Shown here piece after piece: positions 1 through 7,662 of a stretch of 64,000 nucleotides of DNA. A program made the translations under genes and the position numbers. This DNA comes from Acutalibacteraceae bacterium (GTDB taxonomy: Bacteria; Bacillota; Clostridia; Oscillospirales; Acutalibacteraceae), in the NCBI GenBank assembly GCA_045638145.1, contig JAZUAU010000027.1, forward strand, positions 70,496 to 134,495, read 5' to 3'. How positions within the stretch are numbered: position 1 is the first letter of the stretch; every line of letters begins with the position of its first letter. The notes under the pieces are model-generated. The model ran no database searches. It saw only the letters and a list, made by a program, of their open reading frames with translations, and was not told where the DNA came from.

Positions 1-1
1 C

Positions 2-241
2 GGGGTTGGTCTTGCAGTAAAGGCGGGCGGCGCACCTACGGGTGATGACGCTCTCGCTATGAGCCTTTCAAGGATTCTTAAAATAAATATCACTTGGGTT
101 TATTTCGTTACCGACATTACCGTGCTTGCCCTTTCTCTCACATATATACCGCTTAAAAATATTTTGTATTCACTTGTTACGGTGGTTATTTCTGGACAGA
201 TTGTGGGTTTTATCCAAAATTTCAGAATCAAAAAAAGATAA
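2..241 (+). CDS. C-terminal fragment of a multi-pass membrane protein (runs off the 5' window edge; family uncertain, possibly YczE/YitT-like)
   Basis: Frame 2 is open from nt 2 into the listed 59..241 ORF (GVGLAVKAGGAPTGDDALAMSLSRIL...). It has hydrophobic helices. Confidence 0.4.
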   Translation, partial: GVGLAVKAGGAPTGDDALAMSLSRILKINITWVYFVTDITVLALSLTYIPLKNILYSLVTVVISGQIVGFIQNFRIKKR

Positions 242-244
242 GAG

Positions 245-937
245 TCACCTCTCATCCTTTTGTCTTGTTGCCATACGTTTCCAGTTGAAATATCCATAAA
301 GGTCGTTAGCCAAAAACATTAAAAAACAAAAAATCATCGGCAGATAGGTTATGTTTTCTGCCGTTGCAAGCACCCACAAAACAATCAAAACGATATCGTT
401 TGCCGAATATGCGAGGGCATAATAGGGACTGCGGAAATATGTGAAGGAAACGGCGAGAAAGCTCGTGGTGACCGATATAGTTGAAAAGAGAAGATTTGCC
501 GTGTCAAATGCCTTTAAAATAAAATAAAAAATAATTGTAACTACTGCGGCAGCAATAGAGATTAGCACCACCTGCTTTTTTGTCATTCGGCTGACGGTCA
601 CCTCAACCGTGTCCTTATAAGGATTTTTAATCCACGAAATAACCGCTGCCAGTGCTATAGGTGCCGTCATAAACAGGTAGGTTATAAGCTCGCCGTAATA
701 TCTGAAATGGAATGATATGTATCCGTAAAAGAGGGCAAAAACGACCGATAATATCTGCCCGATGACATATCCTTTTGCAACAAAAATTAGTGCCGTAACA
801 CCGATGATAGATGCAACGAGTTGGAGCCAACCGCCCTTTGACCATAGAAACGATAGTGTTACTACGGCAAGTGAGGTTATTAAGAGACCTCTCTCGAAAT
901 AAGTTAAATCTTTAAAATAATTATAAGGTTTTTTCAT
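245..937 (-). CDS. pnuC: Nicotinamide riboside transporter PnuC
   Basis: Multi-TM protein with PnuC-like motifs 'WIKNPY' and C-terminal 'ANDLYGYFNWKR'. I chose the internal ATG (MKKPYNYF) with GGAGG just upstream, because the longer GTG start lies inside a terminator stem. Confidence 0.8.
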   Translation of the reverse strand: MKKPYNYFKDLTYFERGLLITSLAVVTLSFLWSKGGWLQLVASIIGVTALIFVAKGYVIGQILSVVFALFYGYISFHFRYYGELITYLFMTAPIALAAVISWIKNPYKDTVEVTVSRMTKKQVVLISIAAAVVTIIFYFILKAFDTANLLFSTISVTTSFLAVSFTYFRSPYYALAYSANDIVLIVLWVLATAENITYLPMIFCFLMFLANDLYGYFNWKRMATRQKDER

Positions 938-943
938 ATGCCC

Positions 944-1011
944 TCCAAAAAAAGCATCTGCATACACATCTTCTAAGACCTAACGATGTGTAAACAAATG
1001 CTTTTGCATTT
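944..1011 (-). promoter_or_regulatory. Attenuator-like leader of pnuC: intrinsic terminator directly 5' of the RBS, with an overlapping alternative hairpin
   Basis: On the minus strand, AAAGCATTTG..TACACATC-loop-GATGTGTA..CAGATGCTTT is followed by TTTTTTT and then GGAGGG-cat-ATG. The upstream hairpin AAATGC-AAAA-GCATTT shares GCATTT with the terminator's left arm. Confidence 0.5.
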
Positions 1012-1071
1012 ACTACCCGGTGGCAGCTTTCTATAAACTTATATTAGCATTGATAAGTGACAAAGTCAATG

Positions 1072-1440
1072 CTAATTTCTGTCGTGGGGTTTAAAAATGA
1101 GTGCCATAAGATATCCGAAAAATACCGCCGCTGTCACTCCTGCGCTTGTGGCTGTAAGACCACCCATAAAAATTCCGATGAATCCAAATTCATCCACCGC
1201 TTTTCTGACACCCTCCGCCAGAGAATGCCCAAATCCGGTTAGTGGCACGGTTGCTCCTGCCTCGGCAAACTCGGCAAAAGGTCCGTAAAGCCCCATAGCA
1301 GAAAGAAATACCCCCGCCACAACGAAGCTTACTAAAATCCTCGCAGGGGTCAGCTTGGTATAGTCGATAAGAATCTGTCCAACAAGACAGATAGTACCTC
1401 CTATAAGAAAAGCCTTTATGCAGTTTATTAGAATTTCCAT
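1072..1440 (-). CDS. spoVAE: Stage V sporulation protein AE (SpoVAEB-like)
   Basis: From the internal Met, 'MEILINCIKAFLIGGTICLVGQILIDYTKLTPARILV...ATVPLTGFGHSL...TATSAGVTAA' closely resembles Bacillus SpoVAEB. Length from that Met is about 122 aa. Confidence 0.8.
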   Translation of the reverse strand: MEILINCIKAFLIGGTICLVGQILIDYTKLTPARILVSFVVAGVFLSAMGLYGPFAEFAEAGATVPLTGFGHSLAEGVRKAVDEFGFIGIFMGGLTATSAGVTAAVFFGYLMALIFKPHDRN

Positions 1441-1705
1441 AACATCACCCTTAGTATTTTTCTCCCGATTGACCAAAATATGCAGTTTCGCGTAAAATAT
1501 CTTAAAAAGAGGTGAAGGTATGTCTGAAAACATATTTGCTCCTCACGACGAGTGGTGCCGAGATTTTCAGTACAATCCCACACCAACTCTACCATACGAC
1601 CCACAACCGCACAATTCAAAAGGCGCTGGAATGCTACAGAGTAAACCCAGAACAAAAATCGTATCTCAAGACCCTAAAATACTGATACGCTCCGCAGTTT
1701 TTAAC

Positions 1706-1734
1706 TTGACAAAGCAGCCTGCAAGGGGTATAAT
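1706..1734 (+). promoter_or_regulatory. Consensus sigma-A promoter upstream of tRNA-Leu
   Basis: TTGACA, 17-nt spacer, TATAAT (perfect hexamers), about 110 nt upstream of the tRNA. Confidence 0.6.
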
Positions 1735-1849
1735 ATCACTTGCGGATTGAACTGAAATGTAAGTTCCGCCTCGGAATGCCTCGCCGTGTAAAAATAAGAG
1801 GTGAAAGCAATCGGTATCTTTATCCATAGTTACCATTACTTAACATTAT

Positions 1850-1936
1850 GCGGGTATGGCGGAATTGGCAGACGCGCTAGATTCAGGTTCTAGTGAGGGC
1901 AACTTCATGCAGGTTCAAGTCCTGTTACCCGCACCA
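1850..1936 (+). tRNA. tRNA-Leu (anticodon CAG), type II with long variable arm, encoded CCA
   Basis: Acceptor GCGGGTA/TACCCGC. Anticodon stem CTAGA/TCTAG with loop TTCAGGT. T-arm GCAGG-TTCAAGT-CCTGT. Ends ACCA. Confidence 0.9.
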
Positions 1937-1944
1937 ACAAAATA

Positions 1945-1970
1945 AAGCCGTGGCAATTGCCACGGCTTTT
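1945..1970. terminator. Bidirectional rho-independent terminator (tRNA-Leu on +, surface-protein operon on -)
   Basis: AAGCCGTGGCAATTGCCACGGCTT hairpin flanked by an A-run and a T-run. Confidence 0.8.
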
Positions 1971-1976
1971 GTAAAT

Positions 1977-2528
1977 TTAAAAGTTAATTGTTTCTCCACC
2001 CGTTATAAAGCTTTCGGGTTTTGTTCCGTTTGCTTTATAATCGGTATAGTAAACCGAAGTTCCAAGATTAGCGCTTATCTCTACTCTCGCATTGGCACCC
2101 ACTTTTATTGTAAAAGTTATGCTTTCTTCTCCGCCACGGTCGCGTGAGAATACCTGAGTGGTATGATAGGTGTTATTATTTTCCGTTATTTTGAAAAAAC
2201 CTGTTGACGCCGTTCCCTTGTGGCTCACTGTGACGAGATACTCGCCTGGTGTAAGGTCGACTTGCCAACCAGCATTTGCTGCCATGAGGAGTATTTCCTC
2301 TTTGTCCACAGCATTTACTATTTTTACCTCGCCCTCAAAATATGCACCCTCTAAAACGGCAACCTTTGTATTTACGCTGTGAGAAAAATAGGCGTAAGCA
2401 CTAAAAGACATAACCAAAAGGCAACCGACAACGAGAGCTGCACTCAGCACTACCCTGCCAAGCATAACCTTGTCGGGTATTTTTTCGTGCTTTGGGACAT
2501 ATAAAAACTGTTTAAAAAAGCTCTTCAT
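1977..2528 (-). CDS. Small secreted/anchored protein with SipW-type signal-like N-terminus; last gene of the surface-fibre operon
   Basis: N-terminal TM followed by 'SFSAYAYFSHSV', and a 'LTPGEYLVTVSHKG' beta-sandwich-like motif shared with the neighbouring paralogues. Confidence 0.55.
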   Translation of the reverse strand: MKSFFKQFLYVPKHEKIPDKVMLGRVVLSAALVVGCLLVMSFSAYAYFSHSVNTKVAVLEGAYFEGEVKIVNAVDKEEILLMAANAGWQVDLTPGEYLVTVSHKGTASTGFFKITENNNTYHTTQVFSRDRGGEESITFTIKVGANARVEISANLGTSVYYTDYKANGTKPESFITGGETINF

Positions 2529-2563
2529 TTCGGTTCCCTCCTTTCTTGTATTATAACTTTGCT

Positions 2564-3262
2564 TTAGGGTATATCGGTTTGCGAGGCTTCTACCGTTATT
2601 CCAAGATGAACGGTGGGAATATCCTTGCCTCTGTAGTTTGCGTCGTTGCCGACCTCTTCTGGCATAACTACCGTAATTGCCATATAAACGGTTGATTTTT
2701 CATCGAGAAACGCCTTGTTGGTCGAATAATTTCCAAGTGGTGTTGTAGCGGTAGCTCTTGCCACTTCTCTCTTTTGGAGTTCTTGTTTTAATTTATCTTC
2801 ATCCTCAGAAAAGCTAAGTCCGAATTCCAGCTTATCAGACAGAGCAAAGGTTTTTCCGAAAACATTTGTACCGAGGGCATAGTCGGTTACCGTAACGGCA
2901 GTTTTGAAATTAAAGGGCACATCACCCTTGTTTTCCACTTTCAAAAATACCGTTTTTACATATCCCGGCTCGTAAAGTGCATTTTCATCAAAAAGGTCGG
3001 TTGCACCCTCAAGGGTAACGTATTTTCCGTTATCGTCAAGGTATGAAACATCAAGCTCGAATTCAGCCATGTGGAAAACGTTTTTAACCTCCTCGCTTTC
3101 GTCATTGAACCAAGCGAGCGAGGTGCCTGCGCCAAGCAACGCCCATAAAATTATCAGAATAAGGCTTACGGCCAAGGCGATTTTGAGATATTGAGTTTTG
3201 CTATGTGTTGCCGTCAAGCTTATTCCTCCCTTTTGTGTGGTTTTTTGAGAAGCATAGCCCAT
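2564..3262 (-). CDS. TasA/camelysin-family protein with SipW-dependent-type signal peptide
   Basis: 'GAGTSLAWFNDESEEVKNVF' (compare B. subtilis TasA '..TWAAFNDIKS') and 'LYEPGYVKTVFLKVENKGDVPF' (compare TasA 'LKPGDKLTKDFQFENNGSLA'). Confidence 0.7.
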   Translation of the reverse strand: MGYASQKTTQKGGISLTATHSKTQYLKIALAVSLILIILWALLGAGTSLAWFNDESEEVKNVFHMAEFELDVSYLDDNGKYVTLEGATDLFDENALYEPGYVKTVFLKVENKGDVPFNFKTAVTVTDYALGTNVFGKTFALSDKLEFGLSFSEDEDKLKQELQKREVARATATTPLGNYSTNKAFLDEKSTVYMAITVVMPEEVGNDANYRGKDIPTVHLGITVEASQTDIP

Positions 3263-3273
3263 AAAAGGCTAAA

Positions 3274-3933
3274 CTAGTTTTCTTCCTCTTTTCTTTTGCG
3301 CTTTATAAGCAAAACAAAGAGAAATGCTGTGACGCAAAGGCTTGCGCCAAAGACTATATATACAGTTATTGTTGAGTTGTCGCCCGTCTGCGGAGGCTTA
3401 GGGTCGCTCGGCTCTACGGGGAATTCTTCAATCTTAAATTCCCATGTAAGTGCGCCCATTTTCTCGGCATAGCCATTGCCAAGTGAGGTCGGAACGTCGA
3501 GAGTAACATCTAGATTTACCTCTCCACCCGAATAAAGTGTTCCGAGGAGAACCCAATCGGTAAGCCCATCGGTTTCATTTGCCGCAGCATCAAACATATA
3601 TGTCATTTCATTGTCGTCGGATTTTCTGACCTTAAGGTTAAGCTTAGAGAGAAAATCCTCCGATCCGCTGTTAGCTCCGAGCGAGCGCATATAAATTTTT
3701 ACCTTTACCTTGTTCGAAGCGTCGTTTCTGACCGTTACGGTCTGGGTAATGCTGTCGCCCGGCATAACCCCTTTGAAATCCGAGAAAAGGTCGGTTTCGG
3801 AATACTCGCTTCCGTACTCAAAGATAAACTCGCCTGCATTCTTTTCATAAATTACGTTGCCCGCCGCACTTGCAGGAAAGGCAGACAGGATGAGTAATGA
3901 CAGAGCGGTAAAAATCAGAATTAATTTCTTCAT
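3274..3933 (-). CDS. TasA-fold-like cell-wall protein with classical Sec signal and C-terminal (S/P)PXTG sorting signal
   Basis: 'SAFPASA-AG' signal and 'VMPGDSITQTVTVRNDASNKV' motif. The C-terminus is 'PPQTGD' followed by a hydrophobic helix and 'KRKRKEEEN'. Confidence 0.7.
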   Translation of the reverse strand: MKKLILIFTALSLLILSAFPASAAGNVIYEKNAGEFIFEYGSEYSETDLFSDFKGVMPGDSITQTVTVRNDASNKVKVKIYMRSLGANSGSEDFLSKLNLKVRKSDDNEMTYMFDAAANETDGLTDWVLLGTLYSGGEVNLDVTLDVPTSLGNGYAEKMGALTWEFKIEEFPVEPSDPKPPQTGDNSTITVYIVFGASLCVTAFLFVLLIKRKRKEEEN

Positions 3934-3939
3934 AATCTA

Positions 3940-4503
3940 TTAACCCTCCGGCCAGCCTGCGGCGGTTGTGACATCGCCGTCACGGAGCGGATTGTTTTCG
4001 CTCTGCACCGCATCTGCCTTAACGGTTAAGGTCAATGTCTTTCCGATATAGCTGTTATCAACCTTATTGCCTACAATTTCCACCTGAGAAAATACATTTG
4101 AGGTTTCTTCTCCCGAAGAAACAGGCTTTTTATAATAGTACCAGCCGTCGCTGTAGATCCAATCTTGCTCGTTAATATTAAGCTTAAAGCAGTCCTCTGC
4201 CGAAAGCTCGGTGGAATTTACACCGTAAACTACCTTAACACGAAGATAGAAGGGATGGTCTGAGAGGCTCTTTACCGAAACCTTTTTGGTAACAACATCT
4301 CCCGGCATAACATATACGCCGTCTACAGGATATTCGGTATTGCCCTGTCCCTTTTCAATAATCTGCATCTTTATACTTCCGGAGGTAACTACGTTTACCG
4401 CTTTGCCTATATTTGTGTAATAGGCAAGTGAGCCCTGCGAAAGCAGAGTTCCGATAATGACTATTGCGGCAACAAGTAAAAGTCTTGCCTTTATTTTATT
4501 CAA
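3940..4503 (-). CDS. TasA/camelysin-family protein with SipW-dependent-type signal peptide
   Basis: 'LLSQGSLAYYTNIGKAVNVVTSGSIKM' and 'YVMPGDVVTKKVSVKSLSDHPFYLRV'. Confidence 0.7.
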   Translation of the reverse strand: MNKIKARLLLVAAIVIIGTLLSQGSLAYYTNIGKAVNVVTSGSIKMQIIEKGQGNTEYPVDGVYVMPGDVVTKKVSVKSLSDHPFYLRVKVVYGVNSTELSAEDCFKLNINEQDWIYSDGWYYYKKPVSSGEETSNVFSQVEIVGNKVDNSYIGKTLTLTVKADAVQSENNPLRDGDVTTAAGWPEG

Positions 4504-4558
4504 CGCAATTCCTCCTTTTTATATAATTAATTTGTACTACGCCTTACAGCCATCAAAG

Positions 4559-4679
4559 AACATAACCTCCTCCATAAATCACAGAGGGTTGGTGCTGTTT
4601 CATCAAAGAAGAAGTTATGCCCTTTGATCGCCGCCCATTCCCGAGAGGTACAAAGTTTTTGGGAATGGGAAGCGTATAA
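4559..4679. repeat. Composite double-hairpin intergenic element, copy II
   Basis: Long inverted repeat GCCATCAAAGAACATAAC / GTTATGCCCTTTGATCGC, followed by CCCATTCCC / GGGAATGGG. Confidence 0.6.
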
Positions 4680-4715
4680 AAGCTTAATGCGATTATATTT
4701 TGTTTTTGCCTGTCA

Positions 4716-4784
4716 GCAATCAAAACACATAAAGTAACCCTTATGTACTTTGATTGCCGCCTATCCCTCAAAAAGAGGGATAGG
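4716..4784. repeat. Composite double-hairpin intergenic element, copy I (3' of the 907-aa gene)
   Basis: GCAATCAAAACACATAA / TTATGTACTTTGATTGC, followed by CCTATCCCTC-aaaaa-GAGGGATAGG. Confidence 0.65.
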
Positions 4785-4796
4785 ACAGACTTTTAT

Positions 4797-7520
4797 TTAG
4801 TTGTTTTCAACTTTAACGGTAACTTTATCAATCTGGAAAAGTTCAGCAACGTTTTCTTCGGTAACGAGCACACCATCCATATAGCAGTTCTTAAACACGA
4901 TGGTTCCTCCGCCATAGCTGTCGAGGTAGTAGTTACCATCACCATTGTTGTATACGTTCTGGGTGAAATTGCAGTTGGTGTAGGTGAATGTTGCATTTGC
5001 AGAAATGCGCTGTGCAGCATACCATCTTCCTTCAGAAGTGAAGGTGCATCCGGTAAATTCTGCAGAGCCAAGTCCACTATAGCTGTTCCAATCAGGAATT
5101 GTACAGTTAATCATAGTGAGCTTATGACCATTACCAACGCCTATGTTAACACCGTAGGTAGCACCTTTAACGATAACGTTTTCATAGGTAACGTCGCCGG
5201 TCATTGCGCTTGCACCGGAACCACCAACACCAAGACCGCGGAATGCGCCGTCAACGGTGATGTTCTTAACGGTACCTTCGGTAACAGTAAGACCACTCTC
5301 ATAAGCTGCAGCACCGCTATCTACGGTAACGGTATTTCCGTTTCCATCAAGAACGCCGCCCTTATTAACAAAGAGCTGTCCGCCTGCATCAATATCCTTG
5401 TTGAGGAATACCTGCTCACCTTTTGAAAGAGCAGCAGAAAGAGCGGGAGCTGTTGAAACGTTGGCAACCTCGCCTTCCTTGATAACACCTGTGCCGCTGG
5501 TGTTGTAGATATCAGCCATTTCACCGTTGAGGTTAACGTTGTTTTCAACCTCGATTACGCAGTCAACTGCGTGGATTCCATCCTGATATGCATCGGTGGT
5601 GTTAACTGCGCTAACATCAAATACGCAGTTCTTGATTGTACCGGGGCTGTAAAGACGGATAAGGCCGTATCTGCCGTTGCCATAGATTGTACAGCCATCG
5701 AAGGTTATGTGGTTTGCACCGCCGCCGATAGCAACCCAACCTGTGATTACGCAGTTCTTGTAGGTAACATTTGCATTGGTAAGACCGTCGTAGTGAATAG
5801 CATAAACACTTGTAGCCTCAAAGGTGCAATCCTCAAATATGATGTCACCCTTTGCGTAAGCCCAGCGCTGTGCATTGCCTGCCTTGATATCAATATTCTG
5901 AACGGTGGTGTTAGTGAAGGTTCCCGAAAGTGTTGCGTTTAAGGTAACGCCCTCTGTTCCGATAAGGGTTGCGCCCTCCTCGAGTTTGGGTGCCTGTGTA
6001 TAGGTACCGGGAGCAAGATAAACGGTGTCGTTCTTTGCAACCTTAATGGTATCGGTAGAAGTAGCAACCTTAACGGGCTCGTTCTTAACAATGTCCTTTA
6101 CGGTGTTGTTAGCCTTAACGGTAACAGTCTTGCCTGCGTTGTTGGGACGACCAACGATTTCGCCCATATTCTGGTTTTCCTTGCCGTCCTTATAGTTAGC
6201 GCAGGAAACGTAGAACATTTCAACATTCTTGACATCGTTTGCATAAACCGAAACGTTGCGGTTTTCTGCCTGTGCACAGCCAACGATTGCGCCAAAATCA
6301 CGGTAAGCATAAATCTTGGAATTTGCTACTCTGTTGTTGTAGATATTTCCGTTGATTGCCATACCTGCAATAATACCGGCTTTGTCTCCGTTATCATTGT
6401 TCTTGTCGGGTGTACATACAACTGTAGCGTTGTTTACGAAGCAGCCTGCAAGGCTATTCTGTGAGAGATAGCCGTAGCCGAGAACGGTTCCAACGTAGTG
6501 GTTACCTGTTATTGTTGCATTCTCAACGGTGATGTTCTCGATAGAAGCAGCATTTCCTGCGCAACCGACGAGACCAACGCACGAGGTACCGGAAACAGAA
6601 AGGTTAGAGATAACGAAATGCTTACCGTCGAGGGTTCCGCCGAAGTTGTTATCAGAGGTTCCGATAGGTGTCCAAGGCTTGTTTGCGAGGTCGATATCAG
6701 CGCCAAGATAAATAGTGATTCCCTTGAAGCTATTGCCTTCATTTACAAGCTTTGCAAGGCCTGCAAGCTCTTCAGCAGTATAGAGAGTGTACTCTGTCTT
6801 GTCACCGGTGTACCAAGCGGTGTCTACCTCTGCACTCCAAGGCTTTACGTATGTTGCATCTGCATCATAATCCTTGCCGAAGGAGTCGCTCTCAGACATT
6901 TGCTGAGTAGCAACGAGTTTAACACCGAGCTCAATCGAGGGAGCAGTGGTGCCGGGCTTGTAGTTCGCCTCGTTACCGGTCTCTGCGGGCATATAAACTA
7001 CGAGCGCAAGATACTCCTCGCCGTTCTCCTCGAGAGAGCTGCCCTTTGTAAAGCCTGTGCTGATGAAATCAACGTCATCGGTTGCCTTAAGAGCATCTTC
7101 GCGAGTTGCAAAGAAATTAACTTCACCGTCAATGTCGATCGCATCGAAGAGTATGTAATCAGAAAGCTTGAAAGCCTCATCATATACGTTTACTCCTGCA
7201 GTCTCGGTCCAGATGTTGATACCGAGCTGATACTTAAGAGCAAGCGAACCCTTGTTTGAAACCTTGAGGTAAACTACCTCTGTGTGGCCGGGTTCCCAAA
7301 GTTCATCAGAGAAGATGTCGGTTGCATCCTGAACAGTTACCCAAGCATTTCCGTTGAAATACTCAAGCTCAACGTCAAGATTGCCGGACTGAATAAGGTT
7401 TCTTCCTGAAGTTACAGAATCTGTAAACCAAGCAAAGGTTGTGCCGATAAGCATCGAGATACTTACAACAAGTGCAAGAAGGGATGCTAAAAGGGCACGT
7501 TTTGTGCTTTTGTTAGTCAT
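4797..7520 (-). CDS. Large secreted protein: N-terminal TasA-like domain with SipW-type signal, fused to about 700 aa of beta-helix/GLUG-like repeats
   Basis: 'LIGTTFAWFTDSVTSGRN' and 'LWEPGHTEVVYLKVSNKGSLALKY'. These are followed by G/N/T/V-rich periodic repeats (for example 'IENITVENATITGNHYVGTVLGYGY', 'VTYKNCVITGWVAIGGGANHITFDGCTIYGNG'). Confidence 0.85.
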   Translation of the reverse strand: MTNKSTKRALLASLLALVVSISMLIGTTFAWFTDSVTSGRNLIQSGNLDVELEYFNGNAWVTVQDATDIFSDELWEPGHTEVVYLKVSNKGSLALKYQLGINIWTETAGVNVYDEAFKLSDYILFDAIDIDGEVNFFATREDALKATDDVDFISTGFTKGSSLEENGEEYLALVVYMPAETGNEANYKPGTTAPSIELGVKLVATQQMSESDSFGKDYDADATYVKPWSAEVDTAWYTGDKTEYTLYTAEELAGLAKLVNEGNSFKGITIYLGADIDLANKPWTPIGTSDNNFGGTLDGKHFVISNLSVSGTSCVGLVGCAGNAASIENITVENATITGNHYVGTVLGYGYLSQNSLAGCFVNNATVVCTPDKNNDNGDKAGIIAGMAINGNIYNNRVANSKIYAYRDFGAIVGCAQAENRNVSVYANDVKNVEMFYVSCANYKDGKENQNMGEIVGRPNNAGKTVTVKANNTVKDIVKNEPVKVATSTDTIKVAKNDTVYLAPGTYTQAPKLEEGATLIGTEGVTLNATLSGTFTNTTVQNIDIKAGNAQRWAYAKGDIIFEDCTFEATSVYAIHYDGLTNANVTYKNCVITGWVAIGGGANHITFDGCTIYGNGRYGLIRLYSPGTIKNCVFDVSAVNTTDAYQDGIHAVDCVIEVENNVNLNGEMADIYNTSGTGVIKEGEVANVSTAPALSAALSKGEQVFLNKDIDAGGQLFVNKGGVLDGNGNTVTVDSGAAAYESGLTVTEGTVKNITVDGAFRGLGVGGSGASAMTGDVTYENVIVKGATYGVNIGVGNGHKLTMINCTIPDWNSYSGLGSAEFTGCTFTSEGRWYAAQRISANATFTYTNCNFTQNVYNNGDGNYYLDSYGGGTIVFKNCYMDGVLVTEENVAELFQIDKVTVKVENN
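6924..7520 (-). repeat. 597-nt segment duplicated at 11057..11653 (5' ends of two paralogous genes)
   Basis: The encoded first ~200 aa differ at only about 9 positions between the 907-aa and 589-aa proteins. The nucleotide differences I compared are mostly synonymous. Confidence 0.85.
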
Positions 7521-7662
7521 TGTTATGACCTCCTTTTTAAATTTATCGGCGCGTCAAGCGATACTGTGCTGCGTTTCTCTGCCGACAGAAGAGCACGCAG
7601 TATTTAAAAATATTTAAACATTAGTTTAAAGGCAATGGAACGAAACATTACTAAACTTTTAA

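Noticed and set aside
1441-1533. Forespore sigma-F/G-type promoter (GCATA ... ATACTA) upstream of spoVAE, and the 31-codon N-terminal extension of the ORF
   Set aside because: By my count the spacer between the two elements is about 20-21 nt, which is too long for the consensus. The extension has no similarity to SpoVAE proteins, which start at 'MEILINC'-like sequence.
1520-1750. 76-aa plus-strand ORF between spoVAE and tRNA-Leu
   Set aside because: It has no RBS, it spans the consensus tRNA promoter, and its composition is unremarkable. It is likely non-coding.
4743-7259. Long plus-strand ORFs (4743..5426, 5571..5942, 6498..7259) inside the 907-aa gene, and similarly 10001..10684 inside the 589-aa gene
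   Set aside because: They are antisense shadows of repeat-rich, codon-biased genes. They have no RBS, their products are Cys/Val/Asn-rich and low-complexity with no motifs, and the minus-strand genes have clear signals and paralogy.
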